64,000 nt of DNA from Lingula anatina (Eukaryota > Animalia > Brachiopoda), in contig CM120648.1 of assembly GCA_051362555.1 (NCBI GenBank), forward strand, positions 6,134,587-6,198,586, in the 5' to 3' direction. The notes beneath the pieces were generated by a model, which saw nothing but the letters and a program-made list of their open reading frames with translations, was not told the origin of the DNA and made no database searches. Below are positions 59,593-64,000 of the stretch, one piece after another; positions within the stretch are counted from its first letter, which is position 1, and the number at the start of each line of letters is the position of its first letter. Both the position numbers and the translations under genes were made by a program.

Positions 59593-60544
59593 AAAGTAAA
59601 CTCAAGGAGTTTATGAAATGCAAGTATTTAACTGCACAGAAAATAAGAAACAATACATTCAAAATGGTTGTGGATTTGTCTGATAATGCGTCAACATTCC
59701 ATGTATTTTACATTTTCCTTTCAAAGACAGACTCATTGGTACTTTAGTGGAGAATACTGAAAGTAGGTGGAGAAACACAAAATATAGTGGTAGTGTTGTG
59801 GGATCTATCATTGGGTTGTGGAGAAATTGTATGATGTGGGGAGAGGGATAGTATTTATATATGAAAAGTATAACTATGAACTTGTTTTTTGAATTCCGAG
59901 TTCCTTATTTTTGAGACACTCATAATAATTATAGTTAAAATTGAAGTTTAACTCAAAAACATGTTTATACTAGTAGATGATTAAGAGCAATTGTTAAATA
60001 TTTCCAGGTATATGAATTTTTATGTGATAATTTGTGCATTGTGTAGTGCATTAATGTAGACTGCATCAAAAGAAAGTACTTGGCAATTCTCTCTCCTTTC
60101 TCCCACTTACAAACTATTTCACAATGTATATAGAAAACTGTAGAGTTGTGTATAGTTAAATGATTATAACACAGCTGAGTATAGGAATAATTAGCTGCCC
60201 AGGATAAACATTAGAGGTATTGTAACATAACATTAACTAGTTCACCATCTGTCTTGCACATTAGTCTAGGACTTGCCCTAAACAAGATCTATGACAACCT
60301 AGTAACAATTATCTTAACATGTGACTGTTAAAGAATTTTTTTTATCAACCTCCCATCATATTCTAAAAAATATTTAGTTAAATTGACTGGAAATGTGTAT
60401 CTTCTGTATATGTCCATTTATAAAAATAATCATGTTGTCTTAATTGTGTGGTATAATAGTAAAATCTTCAGTTGATTAGTTTGTATATATTTTTTCGATG
60501 TAGCTTATTTTGTTGTATAATAAGTTAAGCATTAGACCTTTTTT

Positions 60545-60830
60545 AATGCAATCAAATTGTACTTCATTCCATCGTTTAACCAAATTGTTTTGTTAGTGTA
60601 GTAATTCTTGTGACGAATATTTTGTATAAATCTTTGAAGTTTAACAGTCATTACTCATTGTTTTAATACAATCAAATTGTATTTTTCCTTGGTTTAACCA
60701 AATTTGTTTGTGTAGTAATTTAGAAAAAAATCTTGCAAAGATGGTTATTTTTTATAATTGGAATTAAATGCTGATTTTGTTTGAATACAATCAAATTGTA
60801 ATGCACTCCTTGCTTGTACCAGATTGTTTT
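60545..60830. repeat. Three diverged copies of a ~120-bp-period repeat in the TRIM 3' region
   Basis: aat(g/a)caatcaaattgta...acca.att.ttt at ~60545, ~60665 and ~60784. Confidence 0.7.
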
Positions 60831-60950
60831 GAGAAATTGTACTTATATTAGTATATTTTAATAAAAAACATTCAAATTCCTGAAATTACATTTTTTTTTA
60901 TTGAATACACATTTTTTTGTATTAGATTAGATATATGTTATAAATTAAAA

Positions 60951-63175
60951 ACAAGGCAGCAAAGCTGTCAAATGTACAGACAAAAAGCAGGAAATAACAA
61001 AATAGGCTACTGTCAATTCTGATGTAAAAGTACATTATGTTAAACTGCAAATTCAACATCAAATTTTAATTATACTCAACAGGTAATACCAATGTAAGTA
61101 AAATGTGTAACAAGCATAAGGCTTCAGGCCAATGGGAGTTCAAGTTCACACTTTGAAAATGTAAAACTTTCAGAAAAAGAAGTCAATTAGACTGCTTTTC
61201 CAACTCGAGCTGCATTTTAGTCCTGTGTTTCTTTTTTAAAAGTTTGACAATCATAAGTAATATGGTTTTCCCATGATGGTCATCATGGCAGCAATACCCA
61301 AAATTGTGTTTTCTTCTATTTTGATGCAATATTTCATAATGCTTAACAGCATAAAAAATAAAAATTTTAATAATAAAATATATGTATCGTGGATTTTCAG
61401 AAAATGTGACTAGCATGGGTCTTCAAGCCCAAGGCAGTTCTAAGTCACACCTTGAAATTGCCAATATGTGAAAAATTAAATTTTCACAAAAAACTGATTA
61501 ACTGCCAGAAATATTTACCAAATAGACTGCACTGCCTAATGAAACTGTATTTTAGTCCCATGTTTGTTTCCTGTAAGTTTGAGAACAGTAAGTGACATGG
61601 TTTTCCTTAAATGGTCATCAAGGGAGCAGTGCCCAAAATAGGGGTTTCTTCAAATTTTGATGCAATATTACATAATGTTTAACAGGATAATAACCATCAA
61701 TTTTTAATAATAAAATATTAGTATCATGGATATTCAGAAAATGTGACTAGCAAAGGTCTTCAGGCCCATGGAACTTCAAAGTCACACCTTGAAAATGCCA
61801 AAATGTAGACAAGACAGCACTGTCCTGAAATGCATTTTTTTCCATTTTTAACAATTTTTTAACATATAATCAAATTAACACTTTACTGCCATTTTTATAT
61901 GATCAACTAAGAAAATTGATGAGATGGGAAAAATATCAATAGAACAGTGTTCAATGTCCAATTTCCTCCATTCTGAGTTTCTGAACATTGTGAATGAATG
62001 AATGAATCTGACAAACTGCAATGATAAGAGTTTATTTCCATTTTTGAAACTCTATTATACAATACATGATAACAAGCTTACCATCATTTTTACATAATCA
62101 ACTAACAATGTTGTAAAGATGCAGGAAATGTTAAACAAAGACTTTTACGTATCTTATTAGTTAAATAATGAGACTGTAAAGATGCCTAAGAATTGAATCT
62201 GAGGAAATGTGAAACAAGACAGCACTGTTATGAAATGGGTTTATTTCCATTTTTAACACTTTTTTAACATAAAACGAAATTAACAGTTTACTGCCATTTT
62301 TATATGATCAACTAAGAAAATTGATGAGATGGGAAAAATATCAATAGAACAGTGTCAAATGTCCAATTTCCTCCATTCTGAGTTTCTGAACATAATGAAT
62401 GATTGCATCTTACAAACTGCAATGATATGAGTTTATTTCCATTTTTGACACTTTATTACACAATACACGATAACAAGTTTACCATCATTTTTACATAATC
62501 AACTAACAATGTTGTAAAGATGCAGGAAATGTCAAACAAACACTTTTACGTATCTTATTAATTAAATAATCAGACTGTTAACATGCCTAAGAATTGAATC
62601 TGAAGAAATGTGAAAAAACAGCATAACTTATAAAATAATGGCCCGATTATGCTGATTTTCGAACTTGACCTGCGTTTTAGTAAGATTGATTACTCCTGTG
62701 AGTTTCATGACAACAGGCCTATCAGTTTTCTTTGAAATGTGTTAACAGTGTTGCATATATGCTGAAAAGTGAAAAAATAGCATAACTACTAAAATGGTGG
62801 CCCGATCATGCCGATTTTTCGAACTTGACCTGCGTTTTAGTAAGATTGATTACTCCTGTGAGTTTCATGACAACAGGCCTATCGGTTTTCTTTGAAATGT
62901 GTTAACAGTGTTGCATATATGCTGAAAAGTGAAAAAACAGCATAAATTCTACAATAATGGCCCGATCATGCTGATTTTCAAACTTGACCTGCGTTTTATG
63001 AATATTCATCAGCTCTGTAAATATAAAGCCAAAAAGTAAAACTGTCTTCCACTTATGGTGTTAACGCTGAAAGTGCACGGCGACGGCAACGGCGACATCG
63101 ATGGCGACATGAACGGCGACGACAGACGCAGGTGATGGCAATATGTACAGACACAGATGTGTCTGTACATAAAAA
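60951..63175 (+). mobile_element. Helentron-associated non-autonomous element (HINE/Pearl-like) with internal tandem arrays
   Basis: The 5' end ACAAG has a short inverted repeat and a subterminal ATGTACAGACA (60972-60982). The 3' end has (GGCGAC)n-like simple repeats, then a 13-bp hairpin TATGTACAGACAC-AGAT-GTGTCTGTACATA (63142-63171) and an A-run. Internal repeats are ~336 bp x2, 405 bp x2 and ~160 bp x3. Confidence 0.75.
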
Positions 63176-64000
63176 GTATCAACTATCTACTTTGATATCT
63201 TTATGCTCCCTTGCCTGGTAAAAAAAAAAGAAAAGAAAAAAAATTATTGACAGGAAGCATATTTTATACGTGCTAACATGGACCCAAATAGGCCATTCTA
63301 TGTTTAAGGACCAACTGACACCGTTTTCACATCATGTTTTATAACTTTATATTCCACGCCATTTTGAATGGTTCTGACATGTACTTTACACAGATGGGTG
63401 TATTACCCCCTTTCACAACTTCTTGTCCAACCGATTCCTCCAGTAAATCAACTTGGGCCCCATAACTCGAAAGCGTGGCGCATTGCAACCGAGTGCAAGT
63501 GTCTCGATTCCATAACTAGCCCCATCTAATACACTGTAGCCTCTATATGATATTGCTATTTGCAGTACGCGATACTTTCAAGTTACCAGGCCTTGGTTTA
63601 CTACCTTGAGCGAAGATATTAGGTTGTCCATCTCTGATTAGGGTGCAACACAGAAAAGTGTACTGCATGCTGTGGATTGGGTCTGAGAGGTACATGTAAT
63701 ACGTTGACACATAGTCAAAGCTAGTATCAGTATGGTCCAAAATGACTAGAGAAAACTTTCCCATTCTAAACAAGACCAGTTAATCTCACCAACGAGTCAT
63801 TTCACGTTTATCAAAAGTTGACATATATATTCTTTATCATGCAGACTTTAAATATTTCAGGACAAATATAGATTTAATTATTTTTCAAACAAATAAATCA
63901 TGACTCAAGTTTTTCATGTAAATTGTACGTGCTGCCTGGAATCTTAGTTACCCCACCACATGATAAGACTTCTCCTTTGTGTTTAGATTTACAGAAATAT

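Noticed and set aside
63380-63773. GC-balanced stretch with short minus-strand open frames near the right end
   Set aside because: No recognisable domain and stops in all frames; cannot distinguish exon, pseudogene or repeat fragment.

Overview
AT-rich animal genomic DNA with GT-AG introns. The Pax subfamily and repeat types suggest a lophotrochozoan, probably a mollusc. About two thirds of the window is one large Pax locus on the + strand. It has six coding exons (14470-15073, 33060-33225, 34154-34291, 34826-34991, 35676-35907, 36099/36168-37987) that splice in phase into a ~1041-1064 aa protein. The protein has a divergent paired domain best matching the lophotrochozoan Pax-beta family and no homeodomain. 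Downstream lie a head-to-head pair of DUF229 (alkaline phosphatase/sulfatase superfamily) paralogues with a gene-conversion tract, an uncharacterised 36-aa-repeat (PRVKPEA) protein gene, and an intronless RING-B-box-coiled-coil-NHL (TRIM) gene with ISRE-like promoter motifs. There are also three copies of a ~215 bp PIF/Harbinger-type MITE and a ~2.2 kb Helentron-associated (HINE-like) element filled with tandem repeats. The most notable unexplained signals are an array of a fixed-spacing 25-bp motif upstream of the Pax gene, a recursive-splice-site-like junction (YnCAG|GTGAGT) at the start of the Pax ATG exon, and the repeat protein. All calls were made by eye; no database search was run.
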